This document shows, one piece after another, positions 61,521 to 64,000 of a stretch of DNA of 64,000 nt. Under the pieces are notes generated by a model that did no database searches, was not told the DNA's origin, and saw nothing but the letters and a program-made list of their open reading frames with translations. Numbering within the stretch: position 1 is the stretch's first letter; each line of letters starts with the position of its first letter. Source of the stretch: Octopus vulgaris (Eukaryota); contig OX597840.1 of the NCBI GenBank assembly GCA_951406725.2, forward strand, positions 39,246,001-39,310,000, written 5' to 3'. The position numbers and the translations under genes were made by a program.

Positions 61521-62084
61521 ATATATAATACATGCAGCAGTCTTTGTGGCCCCTAAAACCCATCGAAAGAAGAGTATCACCACCCAAACGAACCCCTGTG
61601 GATAAATAATATCCATAGAAAATAGAAAACAAGAGAAAAGATATGTCAATCCTTAACGAAACTAGTGGACAATCAACACTACTAAACGACAAGAAGAGAA
61701 CAAAAATACTACGTAAATGCAAAATTACAGAAAAAGATTTACCTGAGGTGAAAGAACAGCTAAAGCAAGATATCCTTGACAATGCACACAAAGAATCCGA
61801 CGGTAAGAGAGAAATGCCACCGTTTATTTGAAGGAAACAAACAGTACAGTTCCAACGCCAAAAGATTCTACAAAGAACTTGACAACAATGAAATAGAGAT
61901 CGATACAGCACTAACACCAGAAGAAGTGGATGAGTTTTGGAAAGAAATATGGTCGTCGAAGGAACAACCTCAGTAAAGATCTATCAAAATAACAAACACA
62001 GCACCTGAAAAACTCTGGAATCCTATAACACCTGAAGAGGTCACCCAGGTACTGCAAAAATTAGGCAACTGTTGCGATTACTAC

Positions 62085-62660
62085 CAACAGGACTCGAACA
62101 CTTCCATATCCACCACCACTACCGCTACGAACATCGCGGCCCCACCAGCTCCACCTATGGAAAGGCCACTACAACTGGAACTGTTACTACTAATGCCAGC
62201 TGCTGTAGCTCACCACCAACGCAAACAGTATTATTACTACTACCACCAACCAAAATAAAGCAATAACTACTACTACTAATTCAACAACCATTACTACTGT
62301 CACTACTACTTCTACTCCAACTACTACTACTACTACTACTAATGCAGCTTTTACCCAATACCACCGCTACTAACGCTACTATGACAACTACAACAAGAAC
62401 AACAACTACTTCTACCAATACTACTAGTACTATTACAACTATCATTACTACCACTACTACTACTGCTACCACTACTACTACTACTACTATTACAACTATC
62501 ATTACTACCACTACTACTACTGCTACCGCCACCAGCAATAAAAACAAGGCAACAACAACAACAGCGAATACTATGGATACTACATCTATTACCCCCACTA
62601 CTCCTACCTCCATCGCCATTTCTATTGATGCTGATGCTGATGAAGATGATGATGATGTGC
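62085..62660. repeat. Cryptic trinucleotide low-complexity region (CTA/CAA/CCA/GAT)
   Basis: Directly visible. Confidence 0.85.
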
Positions 62661-62860
62661 AGGGGGAGGACGGTAAGCAAATGTATCCACCTGCCTGCTC
62701 AGCAGCAATGTCGTCTTTGACGTCCTCTTCCGGTGCCACGGACACGACAACACAAATATCCATTTATTTCCATTATCACGTTCCACACATGTTTATTCAC
62801 CAATATAATTCTATATAGAAACATGTTCTATCATAAATATATACATACATACATACATAC

Positions 62861-63028
<168 letters not shown>

Positions 63029-63029
63029 C

Positions 63030-63080
<51 letters not shown>

Positions 63081-63081
63081 T

Positions 63082-63203
<122 letters not shown>

Positions 63204-63344
63204 AAGAGAAAGAAAGAGAGAAGTGTAATGCGACGCAGCAAAGGCTATTTAGGGGAGTTGGTTCGGGGATTAAAAATGCATCGGAGTCTTAAAACGTGTT
63301 GTAGTTTCTAGATTGTAGATCCTGTAACACATTTATTCAAAAAA

Positions 63345-63379
63345 CCAAACCGGTTTCGACCGTTTTTGTTTATCAATGG
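63345..63379 (-). ncRNA. Hammerhead-like motif, U3-A8 variant, degraded stem II
   Basis: CCA-TTGATAA-acaaaaacggtc-GAAAC-CG-GTT-TGG. Confidence 0.45.
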
Positions 63380-63714
63380 TGAATAAAAGAAAAGTTTAGG
63401 AGTAATTGGAGTTACATGCGTAAATTCGGATAAAACATGCTTAGAATATGAAATGTTCATACTAATTCGAAATTTCACTAAGTTTTAGAGATACACAGTA
63501 ACACAAATACTGACACAGTAATATAATTTCAAATGTTCGACGAATACGACGGAACGTGACTTAAAATAGAGTTACCAGATTCCATCAGATGGTGCTATTA
63601 AGTACAAGATGGCCTCGGACAGTTTTGTGTTGAAGGATATCTAAGTTATTATTTTTTCTTTATCTATATATCTAGCTATTATGTATCAATATATATATAT
63701 TTAAATATTAAAAC

Positions 63715-63846
63715 GGCTAGCTGGCAGAAACGTTAGCACGCCGGGCGAAATGCGTAGCCGTATTTTGTCTGCCGTTACGTTCTGAGTTCAAATTCCGCCG
63801 AGGTCGACTTTGTGTTTCATCCTTTCGCTGTCGATAAGTTAAGTAC
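63715..63846 (+). mobile_element. Family C SINE 5' half
   Basis: Matches 22488-22621. Confidence 0.85.
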
Positions 63847-64000
63847 ATCCATAGAGAAATCATTAAAGAAATATAAAGTAGTCCCTTGAAGCATTCTTAA
63901 AACAATTAACTTAGACGCTAAGAAAATGATCTCATTAGGATATAGATGATAGATCGGAACATTTTACATCTATTAGACCTCGTATCACAATTAAGGACGA

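Larger units (their letters stand above)
59807..62072 (+). mobile_element. Decayed 5' half of an R4/Dong-like element, interrupted by SINEs
   Basis: EEHIFILHAYF...YNIWKKNN...NPNKLANVQRYIL and NKQYSSNAKRFYKEL...PEEVDEFWKEIWS...ITPEEVTQVLQKLGN, typical of the pre-RT region; may begin near 59100. Confidence 0.7.

Noticed and set aside
62342-62818. Thr-rich mucin-like ORF with a nearby GGTAAG donor-like motif
   Set aside because: Explained by cryptic ACT/ACA trinucleotide repeats; no acceptor or partner exon identified.

Overview
AT-rich, microsatellite-saturated animal non-coding DNA, almost entirely transposon-derived. The SINE repertoire and repeat landscape suggest an octopus (coleoid cephalopod); this is inferred, not searched. 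I could not support any host protein-coding gene, and nearly all ORFs in the track are microsatellite artefacts. Main contents: (1) a head-to-tail array of 5'-truncated R4/Dong-like RLE non-LTR retrotransposons interleaved with (TAA)n tracts up to about 1.1 kb (12.0-18.1 kb), related copies at 8.7-10 kb, and a decayed 5' half at 59-62 kb; (2) a Penelope-like (Neptune-type, RT + GIY-YIG) element at 55.1-57.2 kb, plus many short element ends in (TA)n that carry minimal hammerhead-ribozyme motifs with non-canonical compensated cores (U3-A8 four times, G3-C8 once) and several fold-back structures; (3) non-autonomous Helitrons with TC...hairpin-CTAG ends; (4) at least four tRNA-derived SINE families, one with swapped tails and one with a reproducible 183-nt tandem junction; (5) Tc1/mariner remnants and MITEs, and an RTE endonuclease fragment. 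Coordinates were read by eye and boundaries of decayed copies are approximate.
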